A stretch of 64,000 bases of DNA, from NCBI GenBank assembly GCA_965207975.1, contig OZ242315.1, forward strand, positions 5,066,449 to 5,130,448. The letters run 5' to 3'. This DNA comes from Candidatus Poribacteria bacterium (GTDB lineage Bacteria; Poribacteria; WGA-4E; PCPOR2b). Shown here piece after piece: positions 28,054 to 38,025 of the stretch. The notes under the pieces were generated by a model that ran no database searches, was not told where the DNA came from, and saw only the letters and a program-made list of their open reading frames with translations. A program made the translations under genes and the position numbers. Within the stretch, counting starts at the first letter, position 1. Each line of letters begins with the position of its first letter.

Positions 28054-28620
28054 ATTCCGTGTGCCGTAGGTTGGGCCTTAAATTCTATAAACATATCGCC
28101 CCGCTGGGGCTAAATGAACCAATTACGTTTCACGAATCACGAATCACGCCTTCTATCCTGTAAATCCTTGAATCCTGAGAATCCTGATTCAGACAAGTTT
28201 CCTCTCACGTTTCATTCCGCCCGCATTTTAGCACACAACCCCACAATGAACAAGCGAAAAGAAATTGTTTCATTGACTGACTCACCGGACTATGCTATAC
28301 TGCATTGCTAGCATTACATCTAACCTATTTGGCTTATGTAAAAAGAAATGGGACTTACGCAGTTGAACACTCAGCTACCTGTAGTTCGGCGATTTATCGC
28401 CGTAGGACACAACTTCCAACGCCCGATGAATCGGGCAACTACAGTAGGGGCACCATTGAGGAGCCCGTAGTGAACAACGATCGTTGTTCACTACTGAAGT
28501 GCGTAACCCCTAAAGAAAGTGTAAAGCACAAAGAGAAACCGAGTTTTGCCGAAAAAACTCGGTTTCTATTGCACCATTTCTTAGCATGAGCAACCTATTT
28601 CCTAGGAGGAAACATCCGTT

Positions 28621-29079
28621 ATGTCAGCAGAGAAACGACTGGAAGAGCTCGGCATTGAACTGCCGGCAGCAGCAACACCGATAGGGAATTATGTAACAAC
28701 CGTCCAGACAGGAAACCTGATATTCACATCAGGTCACGGACCCGGCAGGGGCGAAGGTCCCCTCTACAAGGGTCAGGTGGGAACAGATCTAACAATTGAG
28801 GAAGGGTATGCCTCCGCACGGCAGGTCGGCTTATGCCTCCTCGCCACGCTCCAAAACGCACTCGGCTCTCTCGATCGGGTCAAGCGCGTCGTGAAACTCG
28901 TCGGCTTCGTCAATTCCGCCCCAAGCTTCACCGAGCAACCGGCGGTGGTCAACGGCGTATCAGATCTGTTGGTAGAGGTGTTCGGCGATAACGGCAGGCA
29001 CGCCCGATCCGCGGTCGGGATGGTACAACTCCCCGGCAGCATCCCCGTCGAAGTCGAATTGGTTATCGAAATCGAATAA
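28621..29079 (+). CDS. RidA/YjgF/L-PSP-family protein
   Basis: 152 aa. Chorismate-mutase-like fold signature ...IGNYVTTVQTGNLIFTSGHGP... and C-terminal ...AVGMVQLPGSIPVEVELVIE. Confidence 0.7.
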   Translation: MSAEKRLEELGIELPAAATPIGNYVTTVQTGNLIFTSGHGPGRGEGPLYKGQVGTDLTIEEGYASARQVGLCLLATLQNALGSLDRVKRVVKLVGFVNSAPSFTEQPAVVNGVSDLLVEVFGDNGRHARSAVGMVQLPGSIPVEVELVIEIE

Positions 29080-29106
29080 TAATCAGGAGGGAAAAGCCAG
29101 AGAACT

Positions 29107-29135
29107 CGTAGGGGCGGGGTTGCCCCGCCCTTTTT
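29107..29135 (+). terminator. Intrinsic terminator: GC-rich hairpin (ggggcgggg-ttg-ccccgcccc) followed by TTTTT. The hairpin is also a GTAGG-headed REP-like element
   Basis: 28 nt after the RidA stop codon. Perfect 9-bp GC stem plus T-run. Confidence 0.6.
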
Positions 29136-29310
29136 GGCAAAACCTAACAAAATCTAACACTTTTTGCGATTTTAGTACGCCAGAGGAATGATATGTCTAT
29201 AGAATCTCTTTAATGATTTTCGCTTTGCTCGGCGTTCTCTGTGTCTCTGCGGTAGAAGGGAGGCGGAAACTGGAGTAATGAACTAATAAACCAATAAAGG
29301 AAGAAAACCC

Positions 29311-30507
29311 ATGTCAGTTGAAGTTATTAAACCTCGGATCCGAGGCTTTATCTGCACAAACGCCCACCCAGCTGGGTGCCATCAAAATATCCAAAACCAA
29401 GTAAATTACATCAAATCAAACACCGGGACCAAACAAACAGATCTCAACGTCCTTGTGGTCGGTGCATCAACCGGATACGGACTCGCATCCCGCATCGCAC
29501 TCACCTGGACCTACGGCGCAAAATCGTTGGGGATTTTCTATGAACGTCCGGCAGCCGGAAAACGCACCGCCACCGCGGGCTACTATAACTCCGTTGCCTT
29601 CCACCAGCTCGCGGCACAGGACGGCTTCTCCGCCGAAAGCATCAACGGCGATGCCTTCTCCGATGATATCAAGGGTGAGACAATCGATCGAATCAAAGGG
29701 GGCATGGGTAAGATTGACATGGTCGTTTACAGCATCGCAGCACCCCGGCGGATCCACCCACGTACCGGCGCAGAACATAACTCCGTGTTGAAGCCGATCG
29801 GTCAGCCCTACACCAGCCAAACAATCGACCTGAACCGAGAGGTGGTCACCGATGTGACCCTTGAAGCGGCAAGCGAACAGGAGATCACTGACACCGTTGC
29901 CGTAATGGGGGGCGAAGATCTGGAATTCTGGACGGACGCGCTGTTAGCCGAAGACCTACTCGCACAGGGGGCGACGGTGGTAACATATACCTACATCGGA
30001 CCCGAACTCACATGGGCAATCTATCGCGACGGCACCATCGGCAAAGCGAAAGAGGATCTCGAAACCCGCGTCAACAATCTGGACAATAAGCTCTCCGAGA
30101 AACTTGGTGGAAACGTTTACCTCTCCGTCAACAAAGCAATCGTTTCACAAGCATCAATGGCGATTCCAGTCGTTCCCCTCTACATGAGCATCCTCAATCA
30201 AATCATGGACGCAAAAGGGACCAACGAGGATCCGATCGCGCAGATGGGACGGCTTTTCACCGAACACCTCGGTCCCGACCTCTCCCCAACGCTCGACGCT
30301 GAACGCCGCATCCGACTCGACGACCGCGAACTCCGCGCCGATGTCACCGCCGAAATCATAGAACGGTGGGGTCAGATTAACACCGACAACTTCCGCGAGA
30401 TCTCCGACTACGACGGTCTGCAGCACAGTTTCCGCAACCTATTCGGCTTCGATGTCAATGGCGTCGATTACGACGAAGCGGTTGAAGTAGAACTCAATCT
30501 ACCGTAA
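29311..30507 (+). CDS. fabV: trans-2-enoyl-CoA/ACP reductase FabV
   Basis: 398 aa. N-terminus MSVEVIKPRIRGFICTNAHPAGC...NVLVVGASTGYGLASRIA and the rest (…VMGGEDLEFW…YIGPELTWAIY…) align closely with FabV family proteins. Confidence 0.88.
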   Translation: MSVEVIKPRIRGFICTNAHPAGCHQNIQNQVNYIKSNTGTKQTDLNVLVVGASTGYGLASRIALTWTYGAKSLGIFYERPAAGKRTATAGYYNSVAFHQLAAQDGFSAESINGDAFSDDIKGETIDRIKGGMGKIDMVVYSIAAPRRIHPRTGAEHNSVLKPIGQPYTSQTIDLNREVVTDVTLEAASEQEITDTVAVMGGEDLEFWTDALLAEDLLAQGATVVTYTYIGPELTWAIYRDGTIGKAKEDLETRVNNLDNKLSEKLGGNVYLSVNKAIVSQASMAIPVVPLYMSILNQIMDAKGTNEDPIAQMGRLFTEHLGPDLSPTLDAERRIRLDDRELRADVTAEIIERWGQINTDNFREISDYDGLQHSFRNLFGFDVNGVDYDEAVEVELNLP

Positions 30508-30512
30508 TTGGT

Positions 30513-30854
30513 TCACAGTTTGGGATTTTCCTGATGTCGCTGCCGGTCGCGCTGCGTCTTTTTCTCGATAGACTTCCGAAAAGCGTCCTCTAGGTCCACC
30601 CCGGTCTGATTCGCCAAACAGATCAGCACAAACAACACGTCCGCCATCTCCTCCGCGAGATCCACCTCTCTATCCGATGCCTTGAAACTCTGGTCCCCGT
30701 ACCGGCGCGCCATGATACGCGCCATCTCCCCGACCTCCTCCATCAGGATAGCGGTGTTCGTCAGCTCGGAAAAGTAGCGGACCCCAACCGTTTTAATCCA
30801 TTCATCGACCAATTTCTGACAGTTTTCAAGTGTATATTCCATACTTCGCTCCAT
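30513..30854 (-). CDS. MazG-like nucleotide pyrophosphohydrolase domain protein (short form)
   Basis: 113 aa. ...AILMEEVGEMARIM...LAEEMADVLFVLICLAN... are EExxE/D-type MazG motifs. Confidence 0.65.
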   Translation of the reverse strand: MERSMEYTLENCQKLVDEWIKTVGVRYFSELTNTAILMEEVGEMARIMARRYGDQSFKASDREVDLAEEMADVLFVLICLANQTGVDLEDAFRKSIEKKTQRDRQRHQENPKL

Positions 30855-31316
30855 CTACTAGCCACGTTTTATACTCTTCCCAGGCCCGGTAGGTGCGGTT
30901 TCCAACCGCACCGAATTCAGTCCACCCCGGTAGATGCGGTATCCTAACCTCACATAGGCGCAGTTGGAAACAGCGCCTACCAAACATGGGGGGCGAAAGT
31001 GTTTATTTATGTTTAGAATTCACCATAATAACCCATAACGAACTTTTTACGCATTATTGCTCACGTTTTACCTTTCACGTTTCACGCATCATCATAACAC
31101 GCAGACCCTGACAGGTCAATATCTTTTCCAACTTGACTAGGGCTATTTAGTTTTCGGCTTTTTAACCATTTTGTTTGAAAAGTCGCAACCGGAAGATCGC
31201 ACCTACAGCGAAGTGTCGGGATTCGGAGATCCCTCCTACAGAAGAATTAAATGACCCTACAACTTGACAAGAGCCACAATCATACACTATACTCAACCCC
31301 TCGGAGGCTACTACCT

Positions 31317-32099
31317 ATGCACAAAGAATTATTCGATCAACTCGTTCAAGTTGTTGCGGCACTACGCGGCGAAAACGGCTGCCCCTGGGACAAAGCACAA
31401 ACCCACGAAACCCTAAAAGGGGATCTCATCGAAGAAACCTACGAAGTGATCGAGGCAATCGACGCAAAATCGCCCGACAAGCTACAGGAAGAGCTCGGCG
31501 ACCTCCTCCTACTAGTTATGCTCAACGCACAGATCGCAAAAGATCAAGGTGATTTCACCATCAACGAAGTCGTGCGTTCAATAACGGATAAACTCATCCG
31601 TCGTCACCCGCACGTCTTTGGCGATGTCGATGCAAAGGACACGGAGACGGTGCTTCAGAATTGGGAGGCGATCAAGCGAAGTGAGGCAGGCTATGAAGAT
31701 CGGAAATCCGTCCTCGATGGCGTGCCAGACTCCCTACCGAGCCTGTTAAGGGCGCAGAAGATCCAGAACAAAGCCGCCCGCGTCGGATTCGATTGGGACA
31801 CCGTCGCCGATGTCCTTCCGAAACTGGAGGAAGAAATCGAGGAGGTCAAAGCGAGCGTGCAGAAAGGGGATACGGGGGAGATCGAGATGGAGATTGGCGA
31901 TCTCCTGTTTTCCGTGGTGAACCTATGCCGTTTCTTGGATGTGCAGGCAGAGGAAGCGTTGCGCCAAGCGGTTCGCAAGTTTACCAACCGCTTCCAAAAA
32001 ATGGAGGAGACTCTTGAACGACGTGGTAAAACTTTCAAGGACTACGATCTGGCAGGATTAGATCTAATCTGGGAAGAAGCAAAAGAAAAGGAAAAATAA
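31317..32099 (+). CDS. mazG: Nucleoside triphosphate pyrophosphohydrolase MazG (tandem-domain form)
   Basis: ...LVQVVAALRGENGCPWDKAQTHETLKGDLIEETYEVIEAIDA... with a second MazG domain downstream. ATG 31317 follows a GGAGG RBS; the track ORF starts at 31251. Confidence 0.75.
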   Translation: MHKELFDQLVQVVAALRGENGCPWDKAQTHETLKGDLIEETYEVIEAIDAKSPDKLQEELGDLLLLVMLNAQIAKDQGDFTINEVVRSITDKLIRRHPHVFGDVDAKDTETVLQNWEAIKRSEAGYEDRKSVLDGVPDSLPSLLRAQKIQNKAARVGFDWDTVADVLPKLEEEIEEVKASVQKGDTGEIEMEIGDLLFSVVNLCRFLDVQAEEALRQAVRKFTNRFQKMEETLERRGKTFKDYDLAGLDLIWEEAKEKEK

Positions 32100-32200
32100 C
32101 AATATGGCACGTAAACGAGCTTTAACAAGATAACCCCCGTAGGTCGGGTTTCCTAGCCCGACTGCACCCATAAACACATCAACAAGGAGAAACAACCCAC

Positions 32201-32908
32201 ATGGCACGTAAACGAGTTTTAATTACCGGTGCAGCAGGATTCATCGGCAGCTATATTCGGCAAAATTACGGAGATCGGTACATCATGCGATTGGCAGACA
32301 TCGCCGAAATCGACAATCCGAATGGGCATGAGGTTATGAAAGCAGACATCGCCGACCTCGACCAGATGCAGCGCGCCTGCGAGGGGATGGATACGGTTGT
32401 CCACCTCGCCGCAGATCGGAGTCCGGCGGCGGACTTCTACGAAACCCTGTTGTCGCTGAACATCATCGGCACATACAACGTTTTCCAAGCGGCAAAGGAT
32501 CAAGGCTGTGAGCGCGTCGTCTTTGCTAGTAGCATCAACGCAATGTTAGCCTATCCACCCGACCTCTCTGTCACTTGGGATATGCCCGTCAACCCACCAA
32601 ACGTCTACGGCGTGACCAAATGTTTTGGCGAGGCGTTGGGACAATGTTTCGCACACGACGGACTGTCGTCAATAGCGATCCGAATCGGCGGCATTAAACG
32701 AGAGGGTGAACCACCCCGAAATCAAGGCGATATGGGACAGGGCTGGATCAGCCAACGCGATCTCGCACAACTGATTGGGTGCTGCATTGACGTCGAAGGG
32801 GTTGACTTCGCAATCGTGCACGGGCAAAGCCGCCACAAAACCCCACGACTCGACATCTCACATACCTGTGAAATTCTCGGCTATGAGCCACAAGATGGGA
32901 CGATATAA
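32201..32908 (+). CDS. NAD-dependent epimerase/dehydratase (SDR family)
   Basis: 235 aa. N-terminal Rossmann motif LITGAAGFIGSY and catalytic YGVTK (YxxxK). Confidence 0.7.
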   Translation: MARKRVLITGAAGFIGSYIRQNYGDRYIMRLADIAEIDNPNGHEVMKADIADLDQMQRACEGMDTVVHLAADRSPAADFYETLLSLNIIGTYNVFQAAKDQGCERVVFASSINAMLAYPPDLSVTWDMPVNPPNVYGVTKCFGEALGQCFAHDGLSSIAIRIGGIKREGEPPRNQGDMGQGWISQRDLAQLIGCCIDVEGVDFAIVHGQSRHKTPRLDISHTCEILGYEPQDGTI

Positions 32909-33065
32909 AATGAGCGTGAAACGTGAAAACCATTTGTTCATCGGATTATATAGTGGATTTTAGAATTAATAAGACACTCCAAACCGGTGCGGTTGGAAAC
33001 CGCACCTACCGGGGGGCGAAAGTGTCTATTTATTGTTTGAATTTACTATAATAAACTTGAACTTC

Positions 33066-34235
33066 TTACTTTTTGTGCAGACGGATGCTACCACCAAAGG
33101 TACGCAGTTTAAGCTGCGGTCCGCCGCCGTTAATTGCACCCTGTAACCGGTTTCCGCGTACCTTGCCCTGCACGACAGTTGTGATGGGAATATCGCTAGA
33201 CACGCGACCGCCGGTGGTCTTAGCATCCACATTAACAGCGATATCCTCAACAACATAAGCAGTCACGTTTCCACCTGTAGTCTCCAGCGAGCAATCCCCT
33301 TCAGGTTGCCCAGAAATATACGCTTTGATAGAGCCGCCGGTTGTCTTCGCGTTGATATTCCCCATCACTTCTTCAACCGTAATGCTACCTCCGGAGGTTT
33401 TGGCGTTGACGCTACCTGCCCTATCAATGCGAATCGATCCGCCGGAGATTATGGCTTCGACCGCTCCCTCTACACTCCCAATCGTAATCCCGCCGCCGGA
33501 GGTCTTTGCGTTGATGCTCCCCATCACTTCTTCAGCCGTAATGCTGCCTCCGGAGGTTTTGGCGTTGACACTACCCGTCACCCCATCAATGCGAATCGAT
33601 CCGCCGGAAGTTGTAGACTCTACTGCTCCCTCCACACTTCCAATCGTAATCCCGCCGCCGGAGGTCGTGACATCCGCATCGCCTTGCGTTCCCTCTAATT
33701 TAATGCTGCCGCCCGAAGTTCGCCCCCAAACTGGCCCTTTAATATTTCCGAAGCGGAGACTCCCGCCCGATGTTTGGCTCCGAACCTCACCTTCCAGATC
33801 CTCAACGGAAACGCCTCCACCTGAAGTTTTCAGATCAACGTTGTACCGTTGCGGCACAGTAATCAAGAATTTAACCCTCAATCGATTTCTTTCCCGACTC
33901 CATCGCCGAAGATCCACCCGATTATGCTTCGCCCTGATCGTAACCCCACCGTCACTATGGTCAAAGGTAATTGCGAAATCCTCAAGGACCTCTTCAACGC
34001 TCCATTTGCCGCCTCTTTTGACTTTTCTTTCAATCTTTACATCCACATGATCGTGGTCTGCTGTGCGGACCTCAATTGGGCCTCTGTCTGAATCAACCGT
34101 CAAACGTCCACCGGAAGCGACTTGAAACGATCTCTCGATGTTATTCTCAACAGCAGCGTCGGCAATAGCCAACCCTGCAAACAGCACCCCTTGTAAAATC
34201 AGCATGATTTGAAACTTGCCAGATCTTGTGTGCAT
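33066..34235 (-). CDS. Secreted toast-rack (DUF4097/DUF2807-like) beta-helix repeat protein, putative adhesin/stress-module component
   Basis: 389 aa. Signal peptide, then many tandem ...KTSGGSI(T/R)..V.G.V.A... repeats. Confidence 0.65.
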   Translation of the reverse strand: MHTRSGKFQIMLILQGVLFAGLAIADAAVENNIERSFQVASGGRLTVDSDRGPIEVRTADHDHVDVKIERKVKRGGKWSVEEVLEDFAITFDHSDGGVTIRAKHNRVDLRRWSRERNRLRVKFLITVPQRYNVDLKTSGGGVSVEDLEGEVRSQTSGGSLRFGNIKGPVWGRTSGGSIKLEGTQGDADVTTSGGGITIGSVEGAVESTTSGGSIRIDGVTGSVNAKTSGGSITAEEVMGSINAKTSGGGITIGSVEGAVEAIISGGSIRIDRAGSVNAKTSGGSITVEEVMGNINAKTTGGSIKAYISGQPEGDCSLETTGGNVTAYVVEDIAVNVDAKTTGGRVSSDIPITTVVQGKVRGNRLQGAINGGGPQLKLRTFGGSIRLHKK

Positions 34236-34337
34236 GATAACCTCCTAAAATTGGTAGTAGTAGGGACAGGTTTCCTAACCTGTACGTATCATAGGTATCC
34301 GAACCTGCAATCAACCCCGTCTTCTCGTGTTCATGCT

Positions 34338-35444
34338 TCAAGGTTCCTGCCGTTTCAAACGAATTGATCCATTCGTGCTCCGCAGTTTGACAACTGCATC
34401 GCCACCTTCACCAATTTCGCCCTTGAGTTGACTCTTGATCTTCCCAACAACCGGAACCGGGAAATCGGTATGCACACGTCCTCTCTGCGATTCGGCATCA
34501 AGCTGCCCCGCAAAATCAGCCGGAAGCGTTAAATTGATGGAGCCGTTTGTCGTTGACGCAGCCATAGAACCAACACAACGGTGCACCTCCACCGCTATCG
34601 AGCCGTTGGTTGTGGAGAACTCAGCCTCCTCGTTCAGCAGACCGATTTTGGCTTTAATCGAGCTGTTGGCAGCACGGGCACGAATCGGTCCCGTTTCACC
34701 CTCCAATTCTATGGCACCATTAACAGTCGTCGCATCAATCGCCCCACTGATTCCACTTACTTCTATTTTACTGTTGACCGTACGAAGATTTACATCAACC
34801 TCCCGCGGTGTCTCAATTGCATAGCGCACCGAGAGGTTGACACCTTGGGGAGGAGGGGGGTGATCCGTGAAAATCCGAAGCTCATCCCCAATCTGCTCCG
34901 CGTAGATCTCGACCTGTTCGGCAAATTCCGCTGCGACACCCCTTCTCCGACGAATCTCCTTCCACGCACGGACAGTAACTTCATCTCGATCTGAACCTTC
35001 GAGCGTGATTCGCCCATTAGCGGTTTGTGCATCAACTTTGGTGATGCCGGTGCCTTCAAACACGTCCAGTTGCCGCTTGACTCTCCGTTTTTCGTCCACT
35101 TCTTCGTCCGAGATGTCAACAATATCAGAGACAGAATCAACCGCTTCAGAAACAGATGACTTCACCTGATCGACCACTTCGTCAACAATCTTTCCGATAT
35201 CCGCCTGTTGCACCGACTTAATGGCATTACCCACCTCAACTTCAATCTCTCGCCCAACCTCCTGAAACATCTCCGTCATCTCTTGCACGAAGTCCTTCTC
35301 CTGCTTGGGCTTTCCATCTTCAGTATCAGTGCCTTCATTTGGTGCATCAGCCTCATCAAGGGCACGTAACAGCATCTCTGCCTCCTCCGCGGTGATTTTC
35401 CCCTCAGCAAGCATTTTAAGCACTTCAAGCCTATCTTGTCTCAT
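34338..35444 (-). CDS. Toast-rack (DUF4097) protein with N-terminal KITAEEAE helix, YvlB/LiaG-like
   Basis: 368 aa. N-terminus LEVLKMLAEGKITAEEAEMLLRALDEA, acidic linker, then a C-terminal beta-helix toast-rack repeat domain. Confidence 0.65.
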   Translation of the reverse strand: MRQDRLEVLKMLAEGKITAEEAEMLLRALDEADAPNEGTDTEDGKPKQEKDFVQEMTEMFQEVGREIEVEVGNAIKSVQQADIGKIVDEVVDQVKSSVSEAVDSVSDIVDISDEEVDEKRRVKRQLDVFEGTGITKVDAQTANGRITLEGSDRDEVTVRAWKEIRRRRGVAAEFAEQVEIYAEQIGDELRIFTDHPPPPQGVNLSVRYAIETPREVDVNLRTVNSKIEVSGISGAIDATTVNGAIELEGETGPIRARAANSSIKAKIGLLNEEAEFSTTNGSIAVEVHRCVGSMAASTTNGSINLTLPADFAGQLDAESQRGRVHTDFPVPVVGKIKSQLKGEIGEGGDAVVKLRSTNGSIRLKRQEP

Positions 35445-35619
35445 CGTTACGTTCTCCTTTCGCTATATTCTGTTGACATTTTGATGTTGCTAATTCGGCA
35501 AACGTTGTAATCATCGGGCAATCTGACAAATGTAGCGCAAACGATATGAAGTTTAAGTATTTAAAACTGTTAAATGTCAACAGAACCTAATGAACTGCTT
35601 ACGCATCACGTTTTACGTT

Positions 35620-36912
35620 TCACGCCCTGCAACGGAAGTCAATCCCTCCATGATGGTTAGTAACTTGCAGGTTCGCCCCATCTGCGTTAGGAGTCGCCAT
35701 AAACTGTGCGCCGCGCTTCCCCTTGGTTAGATCTCCCTCAAACTCTGAGGAGATACTCCCTCGATGGGTTGATGCCTGAATTGACGCAAAGGCATCTGCC
35801 GGCGCGATCAGTTCCACCTTTCCATGATGCCCCTTGATGACGCAATTTCCGCTTAAAGGTGCCACCACATCAAGATGGGGGTCTGCGTGATGCGCGTTAA
35901 TTTGGAATGTATCGCGTACCCCGCCGAGTTCAATTTTCCCGTAGTGCTTATCCACCAAGATAACGCCACCCACCGAGTGGACAACAGCATCTCCATGCCG
36001 ATGTTTCAGTGTAAGATCCCCGCCAACCTCATCGAGTGCAAGGTCTCCGTGCCTATAGTCACCTTCAAGGTTACCACCGACTTTACCAAGCTCGGCATTC
36101 CCGTGACCACAGTTAAAGTGTACATTCCCTTGAATCGAATCCGCTTCGACGTTTCCATGGTGCGCATCTAAGCTCAGATCTCCACCAATTGCATGGAGGG
36201 AGACACTACCGTGCCGATTGCCGATCGTAGTTATTCCACCCAAATCGCCTACGGACACATCACCGTGCCGATTGTGGAGTTCAAAATTTGTCTGCTGCGG
36301 GACGATTAACCAATAATCAACGCGTGCACGTGCCCCCCTGTCCCTCCATAACCCCCACTCTTCCGGATAGTTCGTTGTAATTGTAGCCCGCGCTGCCCGG
36401 TCTGAGACATCTTTTTCAGGCTCAATGCGGATTTCAATCTCTGAAGCGATCTCTTTCGCGGTTTCCTCATCCTTTGCCCACACACTGATCTGATAGTCGA
36501 TCTGGAGACTGTTTTTCGCCCATGACCTCACCTCAATATCGCTGTGTCGGCTGTCGATTTGCAAGTCAAACGCGTCACCTGTTTCAAGCTGCACCTGGGC
36601 TCTCGGTTCTTCATAATGAACGCTGTGTCTCCGGCCTCGATGACGACGCGCTTCGCGCTTTATATCCCTAGCCGAATTTTTCAATACCCGCCTAAATTCA
36701 AGCGAAAGCCGACCCTGATCCTGCACCGATTCGGCACCAGTTTTTGATAGCTCAACAAAGCGCTCCTGCTCGCCTTCGGACGGTAACTGTTCCTCAGAAA
36801 CTTGCTGGGACTCATCAGGTGCGTCAAGGGTTCGCAGGAGCGATTCCGCCTCCTCTGCCGTAATTTTGCCTTCAGCCACCATTTTGAGAATGCTCATTCT
36901 TTCCTCGTTCAT
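35620..36912 (-). CDS. Toast-rack (DUF4097) protein with N-terminal KITAEEAE helix, YvlB/LiaG-like
   Basis: 430 aa. N-terminus MSILKMVAEGKITAEEAESLLRTLDA. C-terminal HHG/HRHG-rich toast-rack repeats. Start is 2 nt after the upstream gene's stop. Confidence 0.65.
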   Translation of the reverse strand: MNEERMSILKMVAEGKITAEEAESLLRTLDAPDESQQVSEEQLPSEGEQERFVELSKTGAESVQDQGRLSLEFRRVLKNSARDIKREARRHRGRRHSVHYEEPRAQVQLETGDAFDLQIDSRHSDIEVRSWAKNSLQIDYQISVWAKDEETAKEIASEIEIRIEPEKDVSDRAARATITTNYPEEWGLWRDRGARARVDYWLIVPQQTNFELHNRHGDVSVGDLGGITTIGNRHGSVSLHAIGGDLSLDAHHGNVEADSIQGNVHFNCGHGNAELGKVGGNLEGDYRHGDLALDEVGGDLTLKHRHGDAVVHSVGGVILVDKHYGKIELGGVRDTFQINAHHADPHLDVVAPLSGNCVIKGHHGKVELIAPADAFASIQASTHRGSISSEFEGDLTKGKRGAQFMATPNADGANLQVTNHHGGIDFRCRA

Positions 36913-36914
36913 CG

Positions 36915-37304
36915 TTATTTCCCCCTTAATTGATTGATCAATTCAGTCGCCTCCGCTGCGGAGATCTCTCCTTCATTGAGTTGCTTGAGGATAGTGCGAC
37001 GTTCGGCCGCCATCTCATCGGAAACAGCCGATTCCGCCTCAACCTCATAACCCAGCTCCTTGATCACGTCGTTCAACCGGCTGCGAACCGTCGGGTAGGA
37101 GATCTCAAGCTCACGCTCCATCTCTCTGATGTTGCCCCGATTCTTGACAAAGATCTCAATGAAATCAAGGTCCTCTTGGGACAAACGACAGAAGCGGCAG
37201 GTCGAGTACTCACTTTCAATCCGAGTGTGACACGAGCGGCAGTGCAAACCCGTTATTGTCAGTTCACCACCACACGTTGGACACTGTTCTAATACCTTTC
37301 GCAA
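36915..37304 (-). CDS. DUF2089-family Zn-ribbon/HTH putative regulator
   Basis: 129 aa. CPTCGGELTITGLHCRSCHTRIESEYSTCRFC zinc ribbon. HTH ...NIREMERELEISYPTVRSRLNDV.... C-terminal ...ILKQLNEGEISAAEATELINQL repeats the helix motif of the downstream toast-rack genes. Confidence 0.7.
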   Translation of the reverse strand: MRKVLEQCPTCGGELTITGLHCRSCHTRIESEYSTCRFCRLSQEDLDFIEIFVKNRGNIREMERELEISYPTVRSRLNDVIKELGYEVEAESAVSDEMAAERRTILKQLNEGEISAAEATELINQLRGK

Positions 37305-38025
37305 AATTATCTCACTCCTTCACAGTTTGATTTATCACTCTGATAACAATATAACATATTATTATTAAATTATCAATATATTTTTCCAAAATATCACTAA
37401 AATTGTCAATTTAACTTCATAAATAGAAACAAACACCTAAAATACTTAATACCAACTAAGGAGATTTTTGAGTGGATACCCATTTTCCCCATCCCTTTTT
37501 TCGCGGGAAAAATGGGAAAATTCATGTGTAATTTGTGTAATTTTACCCAAGCTACCACCTACTGTAGGTCCATCAACACCGTAGGTTGGGTTGAACGGAA
37601 TCCGTGAAACTCAACACAAATGAACTACCGCAACCCCAAGGAGTCTGTTACAGCAAACGGGTTGTAGGGAACAACGATCGTTGTTCCCTACGCTGCGTGG
37701 ATAGATGTCTCTTTGATCCGGTTTTGAATTCCGATTTATCGGGGAGGAGTGCCATGTGCAGGGTTTATTAATCCAATGAACTAGTGAACTAATGAACCAA
37801 GGTATAATGAAATGGGCACAGGGATAGGGAAAAAATTGAAGGAAGAGGAAGTACCAAATTCCCGTAGGTCGAGATTCACATCTCGACATTAGTTTATCAA
37901 CTTTAGTATGTCGATTTGGGAACGTCAATCAACTAGAAGGGAAGCGATTTTGCTTGCTTTTTTATTCTCTGCGTTCTCTGTGTCCCTGCGGTCAATTTAG
38001 GGAAGGAGGGACAGTTGAAACTCGA

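Noticed and set aside
33325-34050. 241-aa plus-strand ORF antisense to the secreted toast-rack gene
   Set aside because: Low-complexity translation of the antisense strand of the TSGGSI repeats. The minus-strand gene has a signal peptide and sits in an operon context.
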